A stretch of 63,731 nt of DNA, filler included, from Octopus bimaculoides (GCF_001194135.2; 5 parts of 5 records of this genome joined end to end with filler, not necessarily neighbours in it); one strand, 5' to 3'. Shown: positions 1 through 12,355, counted from the first letter of the whole stretch. Made by a program: numbers and translations. The notes: generated from the sequence alone by a model not told the origin.

Positions 1-91
1 AAGTTTAGATGCTGAGTGCAAAATAATAAATAAAAATTCGAGTTTTCTTGCTGACCAGACCCCACGTTTTTTTTGCGTTTGTTTTTTTTTT

Positions 92-461
92 TTACTCTTT
101 TAGTTGTTTCAGTCATTTGACTGCGGCCATGCTGGAGCACCGCCTTTAGTCGACCAAATCAACCCCAGTAATTATTCTTTGTAAGCATAGTACTTATTCT
201 ATCGGTTTCTTTTGCCGAACCGCTAAGTTACGGGGACGTAAACACACCAGCATCGGTTGTCAAGCGATGTTGGACACACACACACACACACATATATATA
301 CGACGGGTTCCTTTCAGTTTCTGTCTACCAAATCCACTCACAAGGCTTTGGTCGGCCCGAGGCTATAGTAGAAGACACTTGCCCAAGGTGCCACGCAGTG
401 GGACTGAACTCGGAACCATGTGGTTGGTAAGCAAGCTACTTACCACACAGCCACTCATGCA
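92..461 (-). mobile_element. tRNA-derived SINE, family A (internal microsatellite), full length
   Basis: Minus-strand head GCATGAGTGGCTGTGTGGTAAG...GGTTCCGAGTTCAGTCCC (A/B-box-like), central (TA)n/(TG)n tract, tail ...CAGTCAAATGACTGAAAC. More than a dozen homologous copies in the window. Resembles the octopus OK/OR SINE group; exact family name not verified. Confidence 0.85.
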
Positions 462-1881
462 CCTTTTTTTCTGGAGTCATGACTTTATTTGACCAAGCTC
501 CGGTGTTTTTTTAACTGTCTCAATCTCCATTGATGTGTAGGTGGCCGTAGACATCTGAAGAACTGAAACAAACCCTGACGTCATAACCTCTCGTCACCGG
601 ACAATCCCATAGAGTTTCGTCCTTTTCACGTCACATTTATATCATTAGTGGTATGTTCCATACATAATGGACATTGTTATTGAAACAAGAAATTAATAGA
701 ATACTATTACGTATATTATAACTAACTGGCAAACAAACCCCTCCTTTGGACGATTTATGTTGTTTTGGTATTTTTTTCTCCAAATAATTGAACTAGTTTA
801 TGAGTAGCACGGCAGTCTGTTTCCGAATAACCTAGGAACGGAAAATCAAATTGTAGGCTGGTTAGTGGAGGTCGTTGCACTTTAATGATCATAGAACATA
901 TAAGTTTGCAAGCGATGCAGAGTAGAGCTACTGAAGTGTTTTGGGAGTAGATTACTGATAATGACTACAAAGTATAGCTGTTTTACGTGAAAGCAAAATT
1001 TCTTGTGATTGTTTAAAAAAAGGCTAGAACGACAGTGCTAAAACATATTTGGAACAATGAACAACAGTCGAAATATCATAATGGATGGGTAAATGAGCAT
1101 CCTTAAAGTGAAACAACGCATTGGTAGGTAAACAAAGGTATCAACAAATAGAAGAGGGGGAAAGGAACATCACCTTTCAAGTAACTCGGAATAGGTAATG
1201 GTAAGCTTGCCAAAGTTTAATGCAGTTTAAATACGGAGATTAAGCTTGTTTGGTATTGGATATTCATCGTGTATTGTGTTCCTAGTCGATTTAATCACCG
1301 TCGCAGGTGGACAATCGAAGTAAAGAGAAAGTCCTTTCACTTTTATAATATTCTCTAACCAAAAACTCAAGTAATACACACCAATACACGTATAAAAAAT
1401 AGAGATTAATAATACACAGTTGCAACATGTAAATAAACAATAAATTAAAAAAACGTAAAAACAACTAAAAAATATTCTGTAATGCAAATATACGACCATA
1501 TCGATTTAAAATGTATGGAAAACAGTTGAAATAAATAGTGAAAATCTTGACCATCTTTTTTTTTTTGTTCTTGAAGGCATTCTATCTAGGACCACATTAT
1601 TAAATGGGATTACATGAAGAATCATCACCCCAGCTTTTGACTGAGTGATAATTTTCTGGTGGGCCTTCCTGGGGTGTAAAATCTTTAAGTAACGACACCT
1701 GGGTTGATTAATGTATTCTTATATCACTGTAACAACTCCTTAAAAATTAAACACGCGTGTCCCCACCACCACCCCTATCATTATCCTCAACACAACCAAT
1801 ATCAGCCCCAAGTAGCACTTTCACCATCCACAAAAACGTCGGCCCTATTTTCATTTATATAGCTACAAAAGGAATCTATGC

Positions 1882-4281
1882 CAGTTGTTCTCAAACTGGG
1901 GTCCGCGGTCCCCTACAGGACACTGAAATATCACGAAAACGTGTGGCTTGAGACAGTTAAGTTAAAAAAATTTCAAGACTTCCTATTTTTCGCGTGCTAT
2001 CATCCTTGTTCACAAGATATCAAGCCAGATTTGCACGCCAAATTCTCCGATGTTCGTTTTGTGATCTGCTTGGAATTTTTGATGGACATATTCGAGTCAG
2101 TGAATGCCGTCAATCATTCACTGCAAGGGAAAGATATAACCATGCTTCATTCTCATGAAAAACTGTTTTCAAAGTTGGATAGAAAGAATTTTGCATCATT
2201 TCCTCAACTAAACGTGTTTATTGATTAGAACTAGCTTCAAGTCGATGATGATATCATTGAACTCATGAGACAAGTGTCAATACTTGGCAAAGAAATATAT
2301 TTTTATTTTCCCGATCTTCATGACTTCGACATTACTGCCGCTTTATCAGGGACCCCTTTGTACTCTCTGTGAAGGCGATTACATCTACTCGTACGCACAC
2401 ACCACAAGCTATTTCGGCGCATTCCCTCGCCATTAAAAGGCCTGATCACATCGCTGGCGATCCTAATCTTGGCTGCCATCGCGGCGAATTTCTACACGTG
2501 GGGCCGAAGTAGCTTGTGGTGTGTGCGTACGAGTAGATGTAATCGCCTTACCTCGGTTTTCCTTTCGTCGACTGCGAGTCTGTCTTGCGGTATCCAATCC
2601 TTGAAGCTTGCCCCGACCCAAAGAACACCAGGAATAGCAGCTGCTTCTCCCAAACCTAGACCGTCACTAGACACGTCTTGTCCTGTCCGCGACCCCGTTC
2701 GAAAAGGGCACGAATCCCGATCGAGGCTCCCTCTTCCCTTTTTCCTCTTCCGGTCAGCCTCCCCAGACACTGACGTCATACCACACTCTCTGTTAGCGAT
2801 CTGCTTACAGAAGACAATTTAATTCAAGAGCAATTCATTGATTTGGTCAATGATGGAGGTACAAAATGTTTTTTTTTTCCCGTAAAATGTGCTGTTCTGA
2901 TTGGGAATGAAATGGCACGGTCATATTCTGACATCGCAAAGATGACTTTTAGAGCACTGATACCATTTCCAACCACCTATGAGTGTGAGACCATGTTTTC
3001 CACTCTCCTTGCCACCAAAACGAAGTAACGAAATCGACTGGATGTCACATCAGAAATGAGGGTTATCCTCTCCAAAACAGAGCCGAACATAAATGAGCAG
3101 GTCACTGCAATGCAAGTACATCCATCTCACTGAACTTTGTTGTAAATAAGATAACAGATGGCCTGCGTTTGTAAATAAATAATTTCTTACATAACATGAC
3201 AACAACAAAAAATTATATATCAGAGATTCAGGAAGAGGGATGGCTACCTTCAGAGAATGAGGAGAAGAAGACGGTTCTTCTAAAATTGTGATTTTTTGTG
3301 TGCATACTAGTGGTCCACTTGGTAGAAACTTCAGTACACTTTGGGATGCTATTACAAATCTGATGAAATTGGTTGAAATGCACCTATTGGATAATGAATA
3401 TGAGGAATGACCTACCAGTGGGGAGGAATAGCGTTCCAAAACACAGCAAAAGGGGAAGGTGATGCCAAAAGCTCGAGAACCACTTTTATGTACGTATATG
3501 TACCGTAGTTTTCAGTGTATGATTCGCGGTTTCTCTCTGCTAAATGGGCATAAATGGGTCTTACGTAGTTGTTAATAGATGTTCGGTATATTTTCGGACT
3601 GTTTTTTTTTTATCACATTTATTTTGTAACCAATTGATCGACTAATTCCCTATATTTTCATGTGTATTTACTGTATCCCTATGGGTTGTTGCGTGGATTA
3701 CGTTGTGGTTTTCGGCGTTGCAGGCATATGAACAGTTCATAGTCCGGAAAATACGGTACACGAATGTACTTAATTTTTTTGGCTGTGTGATAAGTACTTG
3801 TTTACCAACCACATGGTTCCAGGTTCAGTCCCACTGTGTGGCACCTTGGGCAAGTGTCTTCTACTATTCTACTATAGCCTCGGACCGACCAAAGCCTTGT
3901 GATTGGATTTGGTAGACGGAAACTGAAAGAAGCCCGTTGTATATGTATATATATATATATGTGTGTGTGTGTAGTGTGTATGTTTGTGTGTCTGTGTTTG
4001 TCCCCCCAACATCGCTTGACAACTGATGCTGGTGTGTTTACGACCCCGTAACTTAGCGGTTCGGCCAAAGGGTCCGATAGAATAAGTACTAGGTTTACAA
4101 AGAATAAGTCCTGGGGTTGATTTGCTCGACTAAAGGCGGTGTTCCAGCATGGCCACAGTCAAATGACTGAAACCAGTAAAAGAGTAAGTTAATTATCCTG
4201 CATTTTATAAGGTACCGCGAATCATCAAAAAAACTAAGGGGACCGACGCGTAAAACTTCCTGTAAAGTTTAAGAACCACTG
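1882..4281 (+). mobile_element. Decayed hAT (Charlie-like) DNA transposon with nested insertions
   Basis: TIRs CAGTTGTTCTCAAACT (1882) and AGTTTAAGAACCACTG (ending 4281) match 14/16. Flanking 8-mers ATCTATGC/CTCCATGC match 6/8 (degraded TSD). Transposase remnants FLMDIFESVNAVNHSLQGKD...FPQLNVF (~1985-2365) and LIPFPTTYECETMFSTL...RNRLDV (C-terminal dimerisation region, ~2815-3135), with stops and frameshifts. Confidence 0.8.
3781..4187 (+). mobile_element. SINE family A, full length, nested in the hAT element
   Basis: Same head, central microsatellite and tail as 92-461. Confidence 0.85.
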
Positions 4282-4869
4282 CTCCATGCAGTCGTTCGCT
4301 CTGTTAGAAATAGCAGCCAAATCTTCCTCACATTACTTACTATTGTCTTCAAATAAAAAGAATATATTGAATTATAGGGAAAGACGATATGTCATTGATC
4401 TTAACTTTATTCGATCAAGTTTGAACTGTAGTTAATGCGGCCATGCTAGAGCACCGCCTTATAAATTCTTTTCACTTCGGTTGAGATGGGTTGACACCCG
4501 GTGGACATTCTCAGTGGTCAAAGCTTCTGGTGATCCATTCAAAGTGCCTTATTTATATATATTTCTCTTTTAAGAAGTAGCGTGTGATTTAAGGATATTT
4601 TGATGCTACTTCTAGTACGTTGAAGGAATTTAGTTGCTATTTCTAGCCGTTTGAGTGATCACATCGAGGTGAGTAATTTTTTTAGCCAACCCTGATAAAT
4701 CTGTTCGAGCTGATTCGTGATCAGATATCCCAACCGTGACCATCCCACTTTTTTATTTACTGTGTCCTGTCCTTACATAATAAGACTGCAGGCTATTTGA
4801 ATGGTAGTTGTAACTGCTCGAACGAACGACTTTATTGGGACGCCAACGTTATTTTTTTGTATCGTGGTC

Positions 4870-5210
4870 GTCACCTCCTCTCATTCTTCCTTCTCTTCCT
4901 CGTCTCTCAATCTTTTCCTCTTTCTTACCCCTTCTCACTCTTTCCTCCTTCCGCTCTCTTCCCCCTCTCTGCTGCTTTATTGCCCTTTCTCTTTCTTTCT
5001 CCTCTTTGCCTCTTTCTGCCCCCCCCCTTTCTCTTTCTTCCCTCTCTCTCTGCCTTTTTCTACCCTCTCTCTCTGCCTCTTTCTTCCCTCTCTCTCTCTG
5101 CCTCTTTCTTCCCTCTCTCTCTACCTCTTTCTTTCCCATCTCCCCCGTTCCCCCCTCTTTTCTCCCCTATGTTCCTCTTTCTTCATCCCCTTCCTCCTCC
5201 TCCTCCTCTC
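4870..5210. repeat. CT-rich low-complexity / microsatellite tract
   Basis: Polypyrimidine (CT)n-like sequence; explains the spurious overlapping ORFs here. Confidence 0.9.
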
Positions 5211-5668
5211 CGATGTCGTTCGTCTGTTGCTGTAGGGCTTTTGCTTTTGTATTCAAAAGTCTGACACTTGTTCCAAGTTTCAGTTTCTTTTTTGTCTTTA
5301 ATGAATGTTTTCAATGAGGTTTCTTCCATTGAATTTTATTGTTTAGCTCCAGGCCAGGTTTTATATAGCAGACTTATATAATCAAAACGCATCCTAACGT
5401 TGACCATTCCGTCATTATTGCATTTAAGTCCTTGCATCTGCCAACCGTTCCCTTTTATATTTTAAAGTCGGAAGGGTATGCTTATAACTTAGGTTTCGGC
5501 CAGTATAGGCCCAGGCCATGTCTAACTTAATAGCACCACTTGATTTGAGGGAGATTTTGCTGCTATAGCCAGCAAACCGAACGACCACTTTGAGAAGTCC
5601 CTCATTTTCTCATTTGTAACACTGCTGTTGCAAAAGCCCTTGTTATCTGAATGTGTTATTTCATTACT

Positions 5669-6227
5669 GTGGAGGCGCAATGGCCCAGTGGTTAGGGCAG
5701 CGGACTCGCGGTCATAGGATCGCGGTTTCGATTCCCAGACCATGCGTTGTGAGTGTTTATTGAGCGAAAACACCTAAAGCCCAACGAGGCTCCGGCAGGG
5801 GATGGTGGCGAACCCTGCTGTACTCTTTCACCACAACTTTCTAGTGGAGGCACAATGGCCCAGTGGTTAGGGCAGCGGACTCGCGGTCATAAGGTCGCGG
5901 TTTCGATTCCCAGACTGAGCGTTGTGAGTGTTTATTGAGCGAAAACAACTAAAGCTCCACGAGGCTCTGGCAGGGGATGGTGGCGAACCCTGCTGTACTC
6001 TTTCACCACAACTTTCTCTCACTCTTACTTCCTGTTTCTGTTGTGCCTGTAATTCAAAGGGTCAGCCTTGTCACACTGTGTCACGCTGAATATCTGCGAG
6101 AACTACGTTAAGTGTACACGTGTCTGTGGAGTGCTCAGCCACTTGCACGTTAATTTCACGAGCAGGCTGTTCCGTTGATCAGATCAACTGGAACCCTCGA
6201 CGTCGTAAGCGACGGAATGCCAACAAC
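5669..6227 (+). mobile_element. tRNA(Arg)-like SINE family B (OR-type), dimeric: 175-bp 5' part plus full copy
   Basis: Head GTGGAGGCGCAATGGCCCAGTGG...GGTTTCGATTCCC at 5669 and again at 5844; tail ...GCCAACAAC. Perfect 11-bp TSD ATTTCATTACT at 5658-5668 and 6228-6238. Confidence 0.9.
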
Positions 6228-6910
6228 ATTTCATTACTAAATGCAATTCGCTGTTGGGACTTAAATGCAGTCTTGAGCAAACTGCAGCCCGCAAGACTTC
6301 TTGAATAGCACGTCTAAACGAAAAATTACCTTGAATTTTTTTTCTTCTTTTAGTATGGGCCCTGCCTGGTGATGGGAGTGTCATGTGGCCCGCCTTTCGT
6401 AAAATGTTTCCTCCGATTGCTTTACTGGACGTGACTTTAAAGTTGCTTGTTACTGGATATTATGTTGCGGCAAGTGTTATTATTGTAAATGTAAATAAAT
6501 TATTGCAGTTGGAACTGTGTCAGTGACCACCTTGTAGTTAGTGCGAAGAAAATTTTGATCCTAAATGATTAATGCTTATGCGAAGTTAACGGTTTTTGGT
6601 GTGTTTTGAATGGAATGGCTAACGTGCGTCTTCCACGCTGTAATTATTTTAGTTTCCACAAATGATCTCGGATCAAATTACTTGCCAGACAAGTACATCT
6701 CCAAAATTTTTGTTCTTATATTCCTGATATGTGATAGTACTGCATCAGATAGCATACAAGGCGTACTTTTTTCTTCAGAAGTGTCTCAAAGAAAATCACT
6801 CCGAGTCCTATATGCGAAGTTGGACCTTTCTTAAGCTAATTTTGTCCCTGACGCTTATTACTATGGGCTAATTTTAATCCACACAGTGTCGTCTACCTAT
6901 CCCGGCGCCA

Positions 6911-7560
6911 TAATAGGTATACCATTACAAGTGTGCTCCCCTCGACTTTGTTTCCTCATAACTTACAGGAAAATTCGTATTTTTTAACGAAATTTTCTAC
7001 AAATATGCTTCAGCTGGTGTATATTAGAATTATATCGGAATTTGTTGTGAAAATGTTTTCGGGGAAGTGGGGAGGAAATTTTCTACAAATGCTTTTCAGA
7101 GGGTGTAGATTACGATTATATCGCGGAATTTGATATGACCCCCCCCCCCACCAAATTCGTAGGCTCGTACACATACATGCAGACACACATCTCCAATGAA
7201 AATTGAAATTTCAAAAAAAATTGTTGTGTGTGAATTCACCATTTTTTTGTTTTTCATATTAATTTCCAATGTAATTGTAATCTACACACTCTGAAAGGTA
7301 TCTATAGGAAATTTTATTTAAAAAAATTATCATTTTTCTGAAAGATATGAGGAAACAAAGTCGACTTGTGTGAATTTTCTGAAACTCCCCATTCGACCCT
7401 TAAGAAAAACTTTTCACAATAAATTCTGATATAATCAGAATCTGCAAAACCTGAAGCGTATTTGTAGAAAAAATTTCACTATAAGATATCCATTTTCCTG
7501 AAACTTATGTGGAAACAAAGTTGGTGGGGAGGCACATTTGTGTAGGTATACTCCATAATA
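6911..7560. mobile_element. Foldback / MITE-like element with long imperfect inverted arms
   Basis: Left arm ...GACTTTGTTTCCTCATAACTTACAGGAAAA...TTCTACAAATATGCTTCAG...GAATTTGTTGTGAAAA matches the reverse complement of ~7400-7555. An inner inverted module lies at ~7077-7118 vs ~7270-7310. Confidence 0.6.
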
Positions 7561-7960
7561 ATAAAATTTACTTAAACATTATTATTATACTATAATGTGT
7601 TTCTAGTATTGCTTAGGTACTTTTGTAATGGTTTGTAATATATTACTAGGTGGCATTAAATATTACATACTTGCTTTAATGCTCTAAAAACTTATTCATT
7701 GAATATGTGATTCTGAAATTGGGTTGCAGCTGATACATGCCCACTTGTCTTTTATGCCATCAAATAAAGTAAACATAATTGTTGCTGAGATAGTCTCTGT
7801 GAATCCACCACTACACATTTTATCGCTAACCTCATAACCAATAATACACATGTATGTTAGTAGTTATGGCATCACTAGCTGCCATATTTTGTGAACTGAA
7901 TTTTTTTATTATTGTAAAGTTGGATGGACTGATGATTGCTTTTTTTTGTTTTCTTTTTAA

Positions 7961-8130
7961 AGTGGTTGTGTGGTTAGAAGCTTGCTTCCCAACCACATGT
8001 CTCCAAGTTCAGTCCGACTGCGAGCACCTTGGGCAAGTGTCTTCTACCATAGCCTCAGGGCAATCAAAGCCTTCTTAGTGGATTTAATAGACAGAAACTG
8101 AAAGAAGCCCATCGTGTGTGTGCATGTATA
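7961..8130 (+). mobile_element. SINE family A, 5' half (runs into gap)
   Basis: Homologous head, ending in (TG)n at the N-gap. Confidence 0.75.
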
Positions 8131-8276
8131 NNNNNNNNNNNNNNNNNNNNNNNNNNNNNNNNNNNNNNNNNNNNNNNNNNNNNNNNNNNNNNNNNNNNNN
8201 NNNNNNNNNTACTTGGAGTGTATATATTATAATAATGATAATAATAATATATGATTATAGTTATTTGTTTATGAAT

Positions 8277-8337
<61 letters not shown>

Positions 8338-8562
8338 TGCAGGAAGTAAATAGACACCTTTGCAAATGCTTATAATGGCACCTGGAATGGAAAAAAATAA
8401 TTACGTTGCAACTTCTACACCACTGAAAACACATTAAGACGCTTAGATCAGAAATTTTGAAAATTAAAGGTGTCTATTTACTCCTGCATGTCTATGTATA
8501 TATGTTTATTGCATTTACGTCTGGTGAAAATACTTTACACACATACACATGCACACACACAC

Positions 8563-8715
8563 ATCATCATCATCATCGTTTAACATCCGTCTTCCATGCA
8601 TGGGTAGGATGGTTGACAGGAGCCGGCCAGTTAGAAGACCACCCCCAAGCTATGGTCTGTTTTGGCAGGGTTTTTACAGCTGGATGCCCTTCCTAACACC
8701 AACCACTCTGCAGTG
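8563..8715 (-). mobile_element. SINE / non-autonomous LINE-tail element, family D, (GAT)n-tailed
   Basis: CATCATCATCGTTTAAC...TACAGCTGGATGCCCTTCCTAAC motif shared with 10758, 11025 and 17477. Confidence 0.7.
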
Positions 8716-9889
8716 TTAATGTTTGTTTTTATGTTCAGTTATAATAAAAACAATTTTACATTAACCTGATGAGTAACTCTGTACTTTTGTAGAGTACAAA
8801 TTTATTATTCTTAAACGAACATGTTGTTAACTGTCAACAACATTTTTGTATAAAAGTAAATATATATATATGTGTCTATGTGTCTGTTAGTCCCCCCCCC
8901 CACACTGCTTGAGGACTGGTGTCGGTTTGTTTACGTCCCTGTACCTTAGCAGTTTAGCAAAAGACTGATAGAATAAGTACCAAACTTTTTACAAAAATTC
9001 TCAAGGCAATGCCTCCAGTATGGCCACAGTCTAGTGAGGGAAATAAATGAAATATCTATTTGACCTGCTAGGACATTCACGCAAATGTATATCCGTCTGT
9101 AATACGTAACTGTAAAATCTGTTGCATTTGAGAAGAGCCATAAAAAGATTTTCATCTCTATAACTTTGAAGTGGTTTAATGAAATTGTAGATGCCTAGAG
9201 CTACATCTGGAACTAAAAAGTTGATGTTATTTCAGTATATTATTTGTCTTTGTATTTCATAGCTGCTGACAAGTCTAACCATAACTGGATTCCCAATGCT
9301 ATATCAATCAACTTTTATAGCATTGTCTCTCTGACAGTAAAATACACTGATGCAATCCATGAAATTCCACATACTTATTTCAAGTAATTAAGTCAAAAAT
9401 AGACTGTATGAATGAAATGAAAATGTAATATTGATTTGGCAGAGAAAAAAGACTTTACATGTTTTCTTTTTGTTAATCATGCAGAAATTAAAATAAAACA
9501 ATATGAGAGTAAAATGAAGATTTGAAAACATTTATTTTTTTATTTTTATTTTATTTATCTGAATTTATTTTACAGTTTCTGTCATGACTGAAGTGTTCAT
9601 GAAATTCTACGTCTGAATCTATTATAGTCAACAATGAATGTTGATGGTAGATAAAATAATTTAAACATTTATATGTATATATANNNNNNNNNNNNNNNNN
9701 NNNNNNNNNNNNNNNNNNNNNNNNNNNNNNNNNNNNNNNNNNNNNNNNNNNNNNNNNNNNNNNNNNNNNNNNNNNNNNNNNNNNNNNNNNNNNNNTATAT
9801 ATAATGGTATCTTGGTATTCACCAGACTATTAGATGTTGTTATACAACACTAGTCACAATGCACTTTCTATTATTTTACCTTTTGAATG

Positions 9890-10101
9890 ATGCCACTTCA
9901 CTGCCAAGGTAAGCAGGCCAACATCACCCCTGATCAGAAGGCTTGTCCTTCACAGGGTTACCCATGTACAGCTGGGTGAACTGGAGCAATGTGAAATGAA
10001 GTGTTTTGCTCAAGAACATAATGCACTACTCAGTCTGAGAATCGAACTCACAGTCTAGCAATTGTGAGTGCAACACCCTAACCACTGAGCCATGCACTTC
10101 A
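9890..10101 (-). mobile_element. tRNA-derived SINE family B2, partial
   Basis: Minus-strand head GTGCATGGCTCAGTGGTTAGGG...GAGTTCGATTCTC followed by CTTGAGCAAAACACTTCATTTCAC; homologous to 26812 and 29100-29241. Confidence 0.7.
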
Positions 10102-10110
10102 CATTATGTA

Positions 10111-10336
10111 TATTCTCTTTTTTTTATACCTGCTTCACTCATTTGACTGTGGCCATGCTGGAGCACCGTCTTAAATGGTGCTAGTCGAAGAAATCAACCC
10201 CTTATTCTTTGTAAGCCTAGTACTTATTCTATCAGTTTCTTTTGCCAAACAACTAAGTTACAGAGACATAGACACACCAGCATTGGTTGTCAAGCGATGG
10301 CGGAGGGACACACACACATACACAAATATATGAATG

Positions 10337-10395
<59 letters not shown>

Positions 10396-10534
10396 TGGCT
10401 TCCAAATCCACTCACAAGGCTTTTTCAGCCCGAAGGTATAGGAGAAGATACTTACTCAAGGTGCCATGCAGTGGGACTGAACATGGAACCATGTGGTTGG
10501 GAAGCAAGCGTCTTACCACACAGTCACGCCTGCA
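10111..10534 (-). mobile_element. SINE family A, full length
   Basis: Full head, central (TA)n and tail; an extra 3' half copy follows at ~10548-10692. Confidence 0.85.
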
Positions 10535-10757
10535 CTGCTTTTGGTATTTTACTCTTTTACTTGTTTCAGTCATTTGGCTGTGGCCATGTTGGAGCATGGC
10601 CTTTAGTCAAACAAATCGATCCCAGGACTTATTCTTTGTAAGCCTACTACTTATTCTATTGGTCTCTTTTGCCGAACCTCTAAGTTACGGCATGGATGGA
10701 AAGTAAAAAATGCCATTGACTAGAAGATAGCATTCATCTGTAAAGATGGTGCAATCA

Positions 10758-11020
10758 TCACCATCATCGTCGTCGCTTAATGTCCACTTTCCATGCTGGC
10801 ATGGGTTGGACGGTTTGACTGAAGGCTGGCAAGCCAGAAGGCTGCACCAGGCTCCAATCTGATCTGGCAAAGTTTCTACAGCTGGATGCTCTTCCTAATG
10901 CCAACCACTTCGTGAGTGTAGTGGGTGCTTTTGATGTGCCACCAGCAAGAGGGCCAGTCAGATGGTGCTGGCATCGACCATGCATGAATGGTGCTTTATA
11001 CGTGCCAGCGACATGGGAGC
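10758..11020 (-). mobile_element. Family D element
   Basis: CATCATCGTCGTCGCTTAATGTCCACTTTCCATGC...CTACAGCTGGATGCTCTTCCTAATGCCAACC. Confidence 0.75.
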
Positions 11021-11024
11021 CTGA

Positions 11025-11154
11025 TTGGCTCCTGTGCCAGTAACACATAAAAAGCACCCACTACTCTCTTGGTGTGGCTGGCATTAGGAAGGGCATCCAG
11101 CTGTAGAAACGTTGCCAGATCAGATTTGAGCCCTGGTGCAGCCGCTGGCTTTCT
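11025..11154 (+). mobile_element. Family D element, opposite orientation, truncated by gap
   Basis: GGCATTAGGAAGGGCATCCAGCTGTAGAAAC, the reverse complement of the motif in 10758-11020. Confidence 0.75.
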
Positions 11155-11440
11155 NNNNNNNNNNNNNNNNNNNNNNNNNNNNNNNNNNNNNNNNNNNNNN
11201 NNNNNNNNNNNNNNNNNNNNNNNNNNNNNNNNNNNNNNNNNNNNNNNNNNNNNNNNNNNNNNNNNNNNNNNNNNNNNNNNNNNNNNNNNNNNNNNNNNNN
11301 NNNNNNNNNNNNNNNNNNNNNNNNNNNNNNNNNNNNNNNNNNNNNNNNNNNNNNNNNNNNNNNNNNNNNNNNNNNNNNNNNNNNNNNNNNNNNNNNNNNN
11401 NNNNNNNNNNNNNNNNNNNNNGATGATTATGATGATGATG

Positions 11441-11442
<2 letters not shown>

Positions 11443-11477
<35 letters not shown>

Positions 11478-11555
11478 CCCCAGTGTTTGACAACTGGTGT
11501 TGGTGTGCTTATTGTCCCTGTGGATTTGGTAGGCGGAAACTGAAATAAGCCCGTC

Positions 11556-11589
<34 letters not shown>

Positions 11590-11795
11590 TTGTGTCTGTT
11601 CATCCCCTGACCATTGCTTGACAACCGATGCTGGTGTGTTTACGTCCCCGTAAATTAGAGGTTCAGCAAAAGAGACCGATAGAATAAGTACTAGGCTTAC
11701 AAAGAATAAGTCCTGGGGTTGATTTGTTTGACTAAAGGCGGTGCTCAAGCATGGCCACAATCAAATGACTGAATCAAGTAAAAGAAAAGAAAGAA
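11443..11795 (+). mobile_element. SINE family A (central and 3' parts)
   Basis: GGATTTGGTAGGCGGAAACTGAAATAAGCCCGTC, then (TG)n, then tail ...CAAATGACTGAATCAAGTAAAAG. Confidence 0.8.
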
Positions 11796-12081
11796 ATATA
11801 TATTCATGTCATTGTGTGTTATTGCGAGCGTTGCATACAACGTTCATTAGTTCCCCAAAATAACTACATATTGTACATTCCTACTTTAGACACATCATTA
11901 TCTCATTAGCAGAGCTGGGGAATGCACACGTAATCACATCATGGTTTACAGATTGTATATTTTCTATTTTCTATCAATATTCGAAAAAATATTCTTATGA
12001 GATGGTTGGAATTTCATTCTTTTATTTTTAACAGACTTGTTAGCAACATCTTAGTATTTTATCTTTTATTATACTTCAGTA

Positions 12082-12296
12082 AGGCAGTGAGCTGGCTGAA
12101 TCATTAGCATGCTGGGCAGAATGCTTTGTGGTGTTTTGTCTGCTGCTACGTTCTGAGTTCAAATTCCGCCGAGGTTGACTTTGCCTTTCATCCTATCGGA
12201 GTCAATGAATTAAGTACCAGTTGAGTACTGGGGTTGATGTACTTGACTATCCCCTTCCTCCAAATTTCAGTCCTTGTGCCTATAGTAGAAAGGATT
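12082..12296 (+). mobile_element. tRNA-derived SINE family C
   Basis: GGCAGTGAGCTGGC...GTTCTGAGTTCAAATTCCGCCGAGGTTGACTTTGCCTTTCATCC...AAGTACCAG; homologous to 35497, 36405 and 58262. Confidence 0.8.
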
Positions 12297-12322
12297 ATAT
12301 ACATCAGTTTATGTGTGGGGAG

Positions 12323-12353
<31 letters not shown>

Positions 12354-12355
<2 letters not shown>

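Noticed and set aside
5671-5745. tRNA gene (Arg-like) at SINE heads
   Set aside because: A and B boxes are present but there is no complete acceptor stem, and the sequence continues into a multi-copy SINE body with TSDs.
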